The notes beneath the pieces were generated by a model that searched no databases, was not told the DNA's origin, and worked only from the letters and a program-made list of their open reading frames with translations. From positions 256,001-320,000 of the forward strand of contig CBDCOH010000002.1 of assembly GCA_965219685.1 (NCBI GenBank): DNA of 64,000 nt, written 5' to 3'. The translations under genes and the position numbers were made by a program. Positions within the stretch are counted from its first letter, which is position 1, and each line of letters starts with the position of its first letter. This DNA comes from Candidatus Spongiisociaceae bacterium. Lineage in GTDB: Bacteria; Actinomycetota; Acidimicrobiia; Spongiisociales; Spongiisociaceae. This document shows positions 28,427-38,386 of this stretch, piece after piece.

Positions 28427-30313
28427 TCATGTGTTTGCGGCGAGTCCGCTCTTGTGGGCTTTGGCATATACCTCGTACACGACATGGTCGACGCTTGCGT
28501 GGAAGGCTTGGACGGCGGCGTTCAAGTCGTCGAGAGCGGCGAGCCTTTCGAACCCGGTGTTGGGAACTGGAATACGTAGCCCGGCTAGCACCTCGCGGGC
28601 CCTGTCCGCGATTCGGGGCGCCGCCCGTTGTGGGCCTTCACCGAGAACACGTACGGGCTTCGGCACAGGATGGTCACGTACGTGTTCGTAGAATTCGGAT
28701 GCCCGATCGGCGACCTCCTCCAGACGGGCCTCGGTCACCGAGTAGGTAACGCCGGTCTCGGCCCGGTTGTCCCACGCTTCGTTGACCGTGTTCGCTTCCG
28801 TGAGGATGTCGTCCACCGACTCTTTGAAACGTGTGAGGCCTTCTATGTAGGCGACCGCCTCGTCTACTAGTTCGACCGCCGGCCGGACCCGTGTTGTGGT
28901 TGTTTGGCCACTGACGGTCAGGATCCCGCCAGGTTGGGTGTACGCTTCGATGTTCCTGAGAACACGGGCGACGCTTGCATTGAAATCGTCGGCGACGTTG
29001 TTGAATCCTTGGAGAGCAGCCTGCCGCTCGGATCCGTCGTTCGGAGCAGGAACCCTAAGCCCATCCAGAATCGCGGCCGCCAACTCGGCAAGGCGGGTTG
29101 CTAGACGGAGCGGACCGCCCGGCTCCCCATGTATCCCCCTGAGAGGAATGGGCACACGCTGGAATATGACGGCATCCGCGAAGGCGTTCGTCTGTTCCTT
29201 GATGGCAACAAGGGACGCCTCAGTTTCCGAGTAGATGTTGCCTCCCTCGACGCGGGCGTCCCAGATCTCGTTGATTCTGTTCATCTCCCGAACTAGGTTG
29301 TCCACCGTTTGTGGGAACCCGCTCATAGCTTCCGCATAGGCGACTGCCACTGGCAGCAGGACCACAGGCTCGTCCTCTGGAAGGCTCGTGGCAACCGCCG
29401 ACACCGCGATCGTCATCGGTTCCACAGCGATCGTGGTCTGGGGAAGGGTTGTCGTCGAAGCCAGTGTGGTTGTCCTCGCAACAGATGCTGCCGTTTCAGT
29501 ACCGCCCCCGCAGCCTCGAGCCAACGCTCCGACAAGGACCGAGAGCAGAACGAGAACGAGAGCGACACGAGCGCAGCCCTTAACGACTCGAGCACACCCA
29601 CCCCGTCTGCTAGTCGCTGTTATTGTCGGCTGCGAGGCTGCTGGCCTATGAGCGCTCGGCGGAGACGACTTGACGTGACCAGATTCGAGCGGACCATTGT
29701 GGACTGTGGAAGCTCTGGGACGCCTCGGCTGCGGTGGACGTGAAGGCTGAGACGGCGGACGTGAAGGCCGAGGCTTGGTCTTTATTGTCCCCGCGGAGTG
29801 TGACTCGGGCGGCCGTGGTAGGGATGAGCCTTCTACCAACCTGATGAGCTTTCTCTTGTAGTCCCATGCATCGCTAGTCAGCGCCCGGACGCTTTCCACG
29901 ACGGAATGCCTGTCAACGACCCCAACTTCGGCCATGACCTCGCGGTTCTCGAAGAGACCGGCTCCTGTGAGGTTCGCCGAGCCGGTCAGGACCGTCGGTG
30001 GTGACGTGTGAACTACCCACGCCTTGAGATGCGCGGCCGCCGCCCCGCCCCGTCTGCGATACCAATTCTTGACCTCCACATCGTCACGACGGAGGAACGC
30101 GGAAGCAACACGCCGGTCGGAATCCGTTGCATTAGCGAAATAGCGTGGCCGAGCATCGCCTATCACCAAGGTGACCTCTCGGTCACGGGTCTGGCCGGCT
30201 AACCAGGCTATACCCTTCACGCTGGCATACCCGACAGCCACCGTGACCTTCGTGTTCGGATGAGAGCGCAAGAAGGCAGCTATCCGGGTTGAGGCTCCAC
30301 CCTGCGGCGTCAC
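28427..30313 (-). CDS. PLD-superfamily (single HxK/GSxN) nuclease domain + TM helix + duplicated helical C-terminal domain
   Basis: 'VAVGY', 'HLKAWV...VLTGSANLT..GL..N.E'; Pro-rich linker; TM 'ALVLVLLSVLVGAL'; two ~130-aa internal repeats. Confidence 0.8.
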   Translation of the reverse strand: MTPQGGASTRIAAFLRSHPNTKVTVAVGYASVKGIAWLAGQTRDREVTLVIGDARPRYFANATDSDRRVASAFLRRDDVEVKNWYRRRGGAAAAHLKAWVVHTSPPTVLTGSANLTGAGLFENREVMAEVGVVDRHSVVESVRALTSDAWDYKRKLIRLVEGSSLPRPPESHSAGTIKTKPRPSRPPSQPSRPPQPRRPRASTVHNGPLESGHVKSSPPSAHRPAASQPTITATSRRGGCARVVKGCARVALVLVLLSVLVGALARGCGGGTETAASVARTTTLASTTTLPQTTIAVEPMTIAVSAVATSLPEDEPVVLLPVAVAYAEAMSGFPQTVDNLVREMNRINEIWDARVEGGNIYSETEASLVAIKEQTNAFADAVIFQRVPIPLRGIHGEPGGPLRLATRLAELAAAILDGLRVPAPNDGSERQAALQGFNNVADDFNASVARVLRNIEAYTQPGGILTVSGQTTTTRVRPAVELVDEAVAYIEGLTRFKESVDDILTEANTVNEAWDNRAETGVTYSVTEARLEEVADRASEFYEHVRDHPVPKPVRVLGEGPQRAAPRIADRAREVLAGLRIPVPNTGFERLAALDDLNAAVQAFHASVDHVVYEVYAKAHKSGLAANT

Positions 30314-30721
30314 GACATTCCTGATACTGGGCGTCGGCGGGCGAACTCGTTCGTCGATGAATCTCGCTCAGTCATAGAAAGCCGCCATCTCCGTGTTCTT
30401 GCTGACCAGTTGCAGACAGCGAGTGCCGACTCCATAAGCTTCCCTGAGTGGGTGGGAGTGGTCGGCTTGGTAGAAGCGTCGTATGTCGCGGCCGTGGCCT
30501 TGGATTGTGGTTCGATCATGCCGAGTTGTTCGAGGACCTGTACTTCGCGACCTAGGAAGCGGGCACCGGTTCCGATGCTTCCTCTTGTGAAGCGAACCTG
30601 GACCGTTGTTCCCCTCAGCGTCTAGAGGCAGCGGCCTTCTCCTTCCGCCAGCCGGGTTCGAACTCTAGCTTCGGGACTTTTCGCGAAAGGTGGGTAATAA
30701 GGGGATCCGTTTCGGCCATCC

Positions 30722-31780
30722 CTAGCCGGCTGCTTCTGCGTATGCGTCGGTCAGCGCATCCAGAAGTTCATCGCTGAAGTCCCGGGTGCTGTTGCCCTGA
30801 CCGATCCGGACGGGTGCTAGTTTCTCGATCCGTTCGAGGTGGCTGGGCGCATTTCGCTCCAGCACGCTGCGCCAGAACTGCAGCGACGCGCCTCCCTCGT
30901 TCCAGATGGTTGCCAATGCCACCCTGTCGGAATCGAGAAGCGGACTCAGCACGAACCGCTCACCTCTCTTGCCCTCGGTCGAGGAGAGTGTTGCTAGCCC
31001 GCGGTTCTCCAATTCGCGGGCCCATCGCAACAGCCGACGGAGATCCTTCTGGTGTTCTTCCGGAGCTTCGGCGATGCTGGCCTTGAACCTCTCGCTGCCC
31101 TTGTGGTAGGTCGTCTCCGATTCCCGGCGGCGTGTCGCCTCTATGGTCACCTCGTGGCGCTCGGGTGTGACACGCTGGGGGATCGTCACCGATGTACCGG
31201 CGACGTTGAAGGAACTGACCGCTACCAGGTCGATGACCAGTTTGTCGGTGACGTGTTCCAGATACGCCACCAACGTCATCAGCTCCGGAGGCACAGTGTC
31301 GAGGACGAAGACGAGCCGGAAGCGTCCCTTGCCCAGATGCTCGTCGAGAGCCGCTGTGAACTCGTCGGCGTCGAACACGTCTTCCTGTACCGAGCCGACC
31401 GCACCGACCAGGGACTCGTAGCCACGCCGCCGGAGGCTGGCGCCGACTAGGTCCTCGAGTTGTTCTCTGGTCGTGCCGTGGAGGTGCGCCGCGTAGGCCA
31501 GGATCTGTGCCACCACCGCCCGGCGGGCGTCTCTGTTCTTCTCGAGCTTGATCTCGATAATGACCGGCCGGCCCGATGTCTCCACCCCCACCAGGTCCGC
31601 ATATCCCGATCCCATCGGAACTTCCCGGCCGAGGATTAGCAGCGGCGGTGCCCCCGACAGTGGCAGCATCTCGGGCGTCTGCTCGATCAGGTCATGCAGC
31701 GTTGCCTCGTCGGGGAACCCGTCGGGCATGCTCAGCGTCCAGCCCTCACCGTCTTCCGTCCAGATTCCCGACATCGTCAT
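30722..31780 (-). CDS. NucS/EndoMS-like PD-(D/E)xK endonuclease domain protein
   Basis: 'EATLHDLIE..P', 'REV.....ADLVGV...G..VIIEIKL', 'VVAQILAYAA'. Confidence 0.8.
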   Translation of the reverse strand: MTMSGIWTEDGEGWTLSMPDGFPDEATLHDLIEQTPEMLPLSGAPPLLILGREVPMGSGYADLVGVETSGRPVIIEIKLEKNRDARRAVVAQILAYAAHLHGTTREQLEDLVGASLRRRGYESLVGAVGSVQEDVFDADEFTAALDEHLGKGRFRLVFVLDTVPPELMTLVAYLEHVTDKLVIDLVAVSSFNVAGTSVTIPQRVTPERHEVTIEATRRRESETTYHKGSERFKASIAEAPEEHQKDLRRLLRWARELENRGLATLSSTEGKRGERFVLSPLLDSDRVALATIWNEGGASLQFWRSVLERNAPSHLERIEKLAPVRIGQGNSTRDFSDELLDALTDAYAEAAG

Positions 31781-31818
31781 GACACACTTCCCGCCTGTAT
31801 TAGTGCCCAGCCGTCCAG

Positions 31819-32496
31819 TTACTTGACCCCGCTCTGCGGCAGCATCAGAACTCGACCGTCAGTCGCCTTGGCTACCACCAATGGCGGCATGCTTGTATGC
31901 CGCCACCTGTCGATGTCCGGCGAGTTGCCCTTGTACTTGTTGCACCTGGGGTGAGCTGCCTGGAGGTTCTCCATCCCGTGCAGCACGCTGGTGTAGTAGG
32001 TGCCCTGCCGGGCCTTGCCCTGATCGCTGAGTACGAACACCGCGAACCGTTTGGGCACCACGTGCTCGACGTGTGCTCCCTTCATCTTCATCCTGACCCC
32101 GCACAAGCCGCACCGGGTCCCGTCCCGGATGTTCAGGTACTTAAGGACCCTGCGGCGATGATCAGGTCTCCAGCGGTCTCTTGCGTCCGGTTCGTCCAGT
32201 TCCAGATTCCACCGCCAAACCCCATCGACAGCTGCGAAGGCTTTCCTCAGCAGCCCCTCGGGAGGATCGGGGGGCGGCCTGCTGAACGGGCACACAAGAT
32301 CGTCTTCGACAGCCTCGACCGGGTTGTCCTCTGCGGGGTCGTCGATGGGCACGATCGAGCGGCACTTGGGAAATGTCGAGCAGCCCCAGAACTCGTTCCC
32401 GGCGTTCTTGCCGCGTTTGGCGACCCTGCGCACCATCGGCGCATCACACTTGGGACATGACAATGCCCGATCGCCATCAGACAACACGTCTGACAC
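31819..32496 (-). CDS. Topoisomerase-type C4 zinc ribbon + HNH endonuclease
   Basis: 'CPKC...M..R......FWGCSTFPKC'; 'RDG.RC.LC...HVEHVVP...ENLQAAH..CN..KG'. Confidence 0.85.
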   Translation of the reverse strand: MSDVLSDGDRALSCPKCDAPMVRRVAKRGKNAGNEFWGCSTFPKCRSIVPIDDPAEDNPVEAVEDDLVCPFSRPPPDPPEGLLRKAFAAVDGVWRWNLELDEPDARDRWRPDHRRRVLKYLNIRDGTRCGLCGVRMKMKGAHVEHVVPKRFAVFVLSDQGKARQGTYYTSVLHGMENLQAAHPRCNKYKGNSPDIDRWRHTSMPPLVVAKATDGRVLMLPQSGVK

Positions 32497-32569
32497 TCCC
32501 CGATGGCACGGTGGACCTCCTCTAAAGCGCGGACTCTACAGGGGCGGATCTGCCCTCCACCAGAACAGA

Positions 32570-33015
32570 AGCAGCGCACGGTCCAAGGCCGGTGTGAGCG
32601 GCACACTTTTCACCCGCCCGGTCGGCAGCCTCGGCCAACTCCGACAGTGTCGTGGCGTCGCCGGAGCGGGCCGCGTAGCTGGTCGCCGATTCCTGGAATT
32701 CGGGTGCGCCGATGCGATCGGAACCTGACTCCAGGAGGAGGACAGGATGGGAAGGTCTGAGCCTGCGCCGGTGCGGCGGTGCTCGATCACGCGCCGTCCC
32801 CAGGCGTCAGGTGCGGTGTCGGTCACGCATCCGGCGATCTCGCCCGGCAGCGGCCAGATCTCCCCGCGCCGCAACGGAAGCTCGGGGGTGCAACGGGATA
32901 GCGTCGGCGCGCCGCAGGCAGTTGCGCTGGTACACGAGTGTCACGACCGGGCCGCGGTCGACCAACCGATTCGCGACGACCGGCTCGATTGCCCCGGGCA
33001 GCCACACCCATACGG
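32570..33015 (-). pseudogene. hipA: HipA-family toxin N-terminal remnant
   Basis: 'VWLPGA.EPVVA.RL', 'D.APDAWGRRVI', 'LLESGSDRIGA.EFQ.S' across frameshifts. The kinase core is deleted. Confidence 0.8.
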
Positions 33016-33440
33016 AGACGCGCCGGGGTAACGTTCATCCGCCGCACAGCCTTGCAGAACCGGATCACACCTCCTACGGCGCATGCTCGCCCGACTCGTT
33101 GATCCCCACCGGATCAACCTCGCCTAGACCTGCCAGCAGTTCGCACGTGCTCGTAGGATCGGCTTCCACCGGGGTCTACTGTCTCGGACATCGCTCCCGA
33201 CAGCCGATTCGGAGGACTCATCCTTGCTACCGGCGGATTCCGACTTCCCCTGCAGATTCCTCTCTCCCCACTGTCTCGCGCAGACCCCGGGGCCCTAAGA
33301 AATTCACCGTCGTGATGGGGCACCATTACGAGATTTCTGTCAGAATCCGGGGCGTTACAGCAGGCAAACGGCAGAACCACGGTTTCTTATAGCGGCCCTT
33401 GATGATCGGGTTGGTTGAAGTGGACAAGGAGCAACATCCT

Positions 33441-34796
33441 ATGTTCGAAGACACGAAGGATGGTCACAGCCTCAGAGCGCTCACCCGTGTGCCGGCAGCC
33501 CTTCTATGTGTGGCGCTGATCGCTGCGGGCTGCGGCAGTGACTCCTCAGATGACACGCTTGCAGCTGCAGCGGTAGAAACCACAGATGCGGTTCCGCCGG
33601 CGTCGATGGAACATCTCGGTGACGGCTCGCTCGGGGTGGTACAGGTCGCTCCCGGCGATGCCATCCAGATCCGATCGTTGAACGCCATCTCTGAAGAGGT
33701 AGCCGATTTCGGATTGCCCCTACAGCGAGGGGCCGAGTTGGGAGTGGCCGACTACGGAACCGTTCGTGGATTCGAAGTTGACCTCGGTTCTAGATTCGAT
33801 GGGCAATGCACCAACTTCGGTGGAGTGTCCGCCGGCCAAGCCATCGCCAGGGACGAAACGGTGATCGGTGTGATCGGCACGTCGTGTTCGGGTGCCGCGG
33901 CCGGCGCCGCTCCGCTGATCACCGGTGCGGGAATGGTAATGATCTCCCCAGGGAACACGTCACCGGCTCTCACATCCGATCTGGCCGGTAGCCCGGGGGA
34001 AAACCACCACGTCGGCTATTACCGCACGGCCCACAACGATCTGTTCCAGGGGAGAGTGATGGCGGAGTTCGTTCACGACGAGCTGGGTTTGGGCACCGCG
34101 GCGGCTATTCACGACGGTGACCCATACACGCGCGGGCTGGCTGAGGCCTTCGCCGACGCCTTCGAGGCACTGGGCGGGACGATTACGGGTTTCACAGCGG
34201 TGAACAAAGATGACATCGATATGGTTCCGGTTCTCCTCGAACTCGCCGCGGGCAGTCCCGAGGCGTTGTTCTTCCCCGTCTTCCAGCCCGTCGGGGATCA
34301 CATAGCCGAACAGGTACCCACCGTCCAGGGTATGGAAGAGGTTCAGATGTTCTCCGCTGATGGTCTACTCACGGCCGAGTACCTCTCCCTACCACAGTCC
34401 GTAGGTATGTACTTCTCGGGACCCGATACCCGCTACGGCGGAAACGTCAACCAGAGTACCGGCAAGACGGCGGAAGAGTTCCTCGATGCTTACGAGGCCG
34501 CCTACCAGGAACTACCTACGTCCTCGTTCTGGGCGCATGCGTACGATGCCACTACCCTGTTGCTCGACGCTATCACAGCCGCTTCGTATGTCACCGACGA
34601 GGGGGTGTTGATGATCGACCGGGCGGGAGTGCGCGAGTTCCTCGACAGTGTGGACGGCTATCGGGGACTGATCGGCGAAATCACCTGCGACGAGTTCGGT
34701 GACTGTGGATCGCAGAAGATCACCGTGGTTCACCACACCAGCACCGACGTTGACGCGACCATGACCAACGTCGTGTACGCGGGGGGAGGGAACTAA
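33441..34796 (+). CDS. Branched-chain amino acid-type ABC substrate-binding lipoprotein
   Basis: Lipobox IAAG-C; 'GVIGTSCSG', 'MISPGNTSP.LT', 'YRTAHND', 'HAYDA'. AAGGAG RBS. Confidence 0.9.
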   Translation: MFEDTKDGHSLRALTRVPAALLCVALIAAGCGSDSSDDTLAAAAVETTDAVPPASMEHLGDGSLGVVQVAPGDAIQIRSLNAISEEVADFGLPLQRGAELGVADYGTVRGFEVDLGSRFDGQCTNFGGVSAGQAIARDETVIGVIGTSCSGAAAGAAPLITGAGMVMISPGNTSPALTSDLAGSPGENHHVGYYRTAHNDLFQGRVMAEFVHDELGLGTAAAIHDGDPYTRGLAEAFADAFEALGGTITGFTAVNKDDIDMVPVLLELAAGSPEALFFPVFQPVGDHIAEQVPTVQGMEEVQMFSADGLLTAEYLSLPQSVGMYFSGPDTRYGGNVNQSTGKTAEEFLDAYEAAYQELPTSSFWAHAYDATTLLLDAITAASYVTDEGVLMIDRAGVREFLDSVDGYRGLIGEITCDEFGDCGSQKITVVHHTSTDVDATMTNVVYAGGGN

Positions 34797-35005
34797 CCCT
34801 GCCACGATCTACACCATACGAACCGCGACCGGCAAGGGGACACCCCGAGCACACGCGATCGCGAGTTCCCATCCCGGCAAGTGGTATCGCCCGCTAGACA
34901 CCCTGGGGAACGGGGTCCTGCGGGGAATCGCAGGGTAGGTGGGGGTGACAGTCCCCATGGGTTCGGAAACCATCCCGATCACGTAGCGTTCGGAATCCTC
35001 GAAAC

Positions 35006-37240
35006 GTGACTTCCCTCACCGACCAGCCGAGCCCGAGTCCGGACCCGGTGCGGCCTCGGAGGAAGGGCATGATGAAAGCTCTTCTGAAACGCCTGTCAGA
35101 GAATCGCTTCCGGATATCCACACAACTCTACGCAGGGATCTGGGCCGCGGTTGCTCTCACCATGGCGGCGGGCATGGTCGGTTGGTTCTCCTTTAACCGC
35201 GTGGGAGAGGCCCAAAACGTGGTCAACGACGACACCCTGCCAGAGATGGCCACTGCGTTCAGCGTCGCACAGTTCAGTAGCAACCTTGTCGATGCTGCTC
35301 CCCGTTTAGCTACTGCGATCTCTCAAAGCGAACTGATCGACATTGCGGCTGGAATCGCTGCCACCAACGACTCATTCGTGGAGCAACTCGACGAGTTGGA
35401 GGAGGACACAGGAGACACGGAGCAGTACCAGCAACTTCGGATCGACTCAGAGGCGCTGATCAGTAACATCGCGGCGATTTATAACGACAAGGTTGAACTG
35501 TTCGGTCTAGCCGCCGACAAGGAAGACATCCAGGGTGGACTTGCCACTCTTCGAACCCGGTTGGACAGCATCATGCTGCCGGTTCTTGATGACCAGTTCT
35601 CCGACATTATCAGCCTCCGCTCGTCCGGCGAGGGCACGACGGGGACAGAGACCTTGTTCTTTGAAGACCAGATGGTCGTCTACCGTAGCTTGACGGAGAT
35701 CCGGTCAAACGCCAACATCGCCGCCCAAGTCTTGGCCACCGCGCTCGGTCTCTCCAATTCCTCAGAGGTTGAACCGTTGCGAGGACTGTTCAAAGCCACT
35801 GCCGATGAGATCGAGGCCGACCTGGTGAATCTGGGCGAATTCGAACAGCGGGAGGACCTCCGGCAGTTCTTCTCGCAGTTGTCGACCCTGGGTCTGGGCA
35901 CAAATGGGGGATTCAACCTGGTCGCCCGAGAACTGGGTCTCCTCGACCGCCAAAACGATTTGCTGGCAAATAACCGCGTCCTAGCCCTGAACATGGTCAA
36001 TGAGATAGATGTCTTGGTGAACTCCGCCCGCGAACGAGCTGATGGCGCCACGCTCGCTTCGGATCAGGCCATCCGGACCGGGAGGACACTGCTGCTGTTC
36101 ATCAGCATCATGTCCGTTGCCGGCGCCGCGCTCATGGCTTGGTTGTTCGTGGGTAGGGTGCTACTCCGCCGCCTCAGCCATCTTTCCAACCGGATGCTGA
36201 GCATGGCCAAGGGCGACCTGGAAACTCAGGTGACCATCAAGGGGCGCGACGAAGTGGCGGACCTGGCTGAGGCCCTGGAGGTCTTCCGCCGTCACGCCCT
36301 CGAAGTGCAGCGCCTCAACCTCGTAGAGCAACTGGCGGCAGAACTGAAGGAAAAGAACATCCAGATCGAAAAGGTGCTGTCCGACTTGCAGCGGGCGCAA
36401 GAGCAGATCGTGGTGCAGGGGAAACTCGCTGCGCTCGGCGAACTAACCGCCGGAGTAGCCCACGAATTCCGTAACCCGCTGAACTTCATCAGGAACTTCT
36501 CGGAGGCCTCCAAGGATCTGCTGGCTGAACTCCGGGAGATCCTGGACGAGCCGACCGCCGATCTGACGGAAGAAGACAGGGTATACCTTCTTGAGATCGC
36601 TGACTATCTGGAGTCGAACCTAGAGCGTATCCGTTCCCACGGCGACCGCGCCGACCGCATCGTGGAGGACATGCTGAGGATGGGTGGGGGCTCAGGAGAA
36701 AAACAGCCTACTGACCTGAACGGGGTGATGCATGACCGCCTGAACCTGGCGTATCGGAGCGCGCGGGCAATGGACACCGATTTCAACCCCACCATAAGAG
36801 AGGATTACGACCCTACGCTGGTTGAAATAGAGGTGATTCCCCAAGATATCGGGCGATTGTTCCTGAACCTTGTCTCCAACGCCTGCTATGCGACCAACCA
36901 AAGACGTCTGAGTATGGATGCATCGGGCATGACGGAGCCCTTCGTGCCGGAACTACGGATAAGCTCCCGCAGAGAGGCCGACCGGGTGGTCTTTTCTGTC
37001 TGGGACAACGGCGGCGGGATCCCTTCCGACATCATCGACAACATCTTCAACCCTTTCTTCACCACCAAGCCCGCCGATCAGGGCACCGGATTGGGCCTGG
37101 CTCTCTCCAGCGACATCGCCCGGCAACACGGCGGTCTGATCCGAGTTGAAACCGAACAGGGCGAATCAACCACCATGATCGTTGAACTGCCCCTCGCCGA
37201 CACACCGACCCCGACCCCCGAGATCCAGCAGCCGGGCTGA
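35006..37240 (+). CDS. Sensor histidine kinase (large helical extracytoplasmic domain, HAMP, HisKA, HATPase)
   Basis: Two TM segments, 'GRDEVADL', H-box AHEFRNPL, N-box NLVSNA, DNGGG, PFFTTK, GTGLGL. Confidence 0.92.
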   Translation: MTSLTDQPSPSPDPVRPRRKGMMKALLKRLSENRFRISTQLYAGIWAAVALTMAAGMVGWFSFNRVGEAQNVVNDDTLPEMATAFSVAQFSSNLVDAAPRLATAISQSELIDIAAGIAATNDSFVEQLDELEEDTGDTEQYQQLRIDSEALISNIAAIYNDKVELFGLAADKEDIQGGLATLRTRLDSIMLPVLDDQFSDIISLRSSGEGTTGTETLFFEDQMVVYRSLTEIRSNANIAAQVLATALGLSNSSEVEPLRGLFKATADEIEADLVNLGEFEQREDLRQFFSQLSTLGLGTNGGFNLVARELGLLDRQNDLLANNRVLALNMVNEIDVLVNSARERADGATLASDQAIRTGRTLLLFISIMSVAGAALMAWLFVGRVLLRRLSHLSNRMLSMAKGDLETQVTIKGRDEVADLAEALEVFRRHALEVQRLNLVEQLAAELKEKNIQIEKVLSDLQRAQEQIVVQGKLAALGELTAGVAHEFRNPLNFIRNFSEASKDLLAELREILDEPTADLTEEDRVYLLEIADYLESNLERIRSHGDRADRIVEDMLRMGGGSGEKQPTDLNGVMHDRLNLAYRSARAMDTDFNPTIREDYDPTLVEIEVIPQDIGRLFLNLVSNACYATNQRRLSMDASGMTEPFVPELRISSRREADRVVFSVWDNGGGIPSDIIDNIFNPFFTTKPADQGTGLGLALSSDIARQHGGLIRVETEQGESTTMIVELPLADTPTPTPEIQQPG

Positions 37241-37618
37241 TCGGATATCCAGACCCTGCCGGTTGTCGACGAACCGGGTGAACGGCTCTTCGGTGCGACC
37301 GGTCAGCAGCATCATGCCGATTGCGACCAACCAGGCGAAGAACGCGGTGCCGATGATCGGGTGGGCGACGGTGGCCGAGTCGGCCCAGATGAACTGCGTC
37401 GCGATCCCCAAGGCCGCCGACACAGGAGAGACGGACCGGAGAACTCCGCCCGAAGACCCCGCCTTCGCTCCAACCATCCGACACACCTCAATCCATGAAG
37501 ATGCTGGGCTAGCCCTGATGACCGTTCCGCGGCCCCGCGGAGTCCTGCATCCGATCGGCTCTCGTGACCAGATTCCACGACCGGCCCGCACTGCCTCTCG
37601 GGTCTTGCCGCCGGCGAT

Positions 37619-38299
37619 CTACCAGGCGAGCCCCACCGCTCTGGTCAGGAATCCCGCGAATGGCGCGGCGACGCGGCAGGCGTCGGCATACAGGTCGATG
37701 AAGTCGGGCGCGCAGGTCTCGTCCTCGGTGAACTGCGTGATCGCGACGAACGACTTCAGCTTCAGGTACTCGATGTGGGGATGGCCCGGGTCGAAGCCCC
37801 TAGGAGCTCGCTTGAGCGACTCGCCCTCCAGGTCGAAGTTGGAGGCGAAGGGCTCGCCCTCCACGATGGCTTCCCACTTCTCGGGCTTGTCGACGATCGC
37901 CTGGCGGATCTGGTTGGCCGTCGCGGCCTTCGGTCTCCACAGCCCGGCGCCGGCGAACACGTATCCGGGTTCCAGATGCAGGTAAAGGCCGGGTCCGTGG
38001 ACCTCCCGCCCCACCTCGTGGCGGAAGTGGATCCCGGCGTTGGTCTTGTACGGGCTCTTGTCTTTCGAGAAGCGCACGTCCCGGTAGATCCGGAACACCG
38101 ATCCGCCTGAACGCCGGGGATCGGCCACCATGTGAGGGCTGATGGATGCGAGACGGCTCTCGAAGTCTGCGACGAACTGCAGGAGAGGATCCTGGACGTC
38201 CTTCCGGAAGCGCTCCTTGTTGGCCTGGAACCAGTCGCGCCGGTTGTTCGCGGCCAACTCGTCGAGGAACTCGAACATGGCGGGGGTGAAGTGTGACAT
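37619..38299 (-). CDS. DUF2461 (TIGR02453) family protein
   Basis: 'NNRRDWF..NK', 'FRIYRDVRFSKDKSPYKT', 'LKRAPRGF'. Confidence 0.92.
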   Translation of the reverse strand: MSHFTPAMFEFLDELAANNRRDWFQANKERFRKDVQDPLLQFVADFESRLASISPHMVADPRRSGGSVFRIYRDVRFSKDKSPYKTNAGIHFRHEVGREVHGPGLYLHLEPGYVFAGAGLWRPKAATANQIRQAIVDKPEKWEAIVEGEPFASNFDLEGESLKRAPRGFDPGHPHIEYLKLKSFVAITQFTEDETCAPDFIDLYADACRVAAPFAGFLTRAVGLAW

Positions 38300-38386
38300 C
38301 CGGGCAAACCGTAGCCGGGTCGCCTCACTCTCACCCGGGTTTGTGCGTGTGCCTGCCCGGCGCTTTCTTGCAGTCAAATATCCGGG

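Noticed and set aside
28427-30313. PLD gene as DISARM drmC
   Set aside because: It is about 6.6 kb from the drmA relic, on the opposite strand, and carries a TM and outer domain that DrmC lacks.
37237-37480. Hydrophobic minus-strand stretch ('HPIIGTAFFAWLVAIGMMLL')
   Set aside because: Possibly a membrane-protein remnant, but it has no clear start or family.
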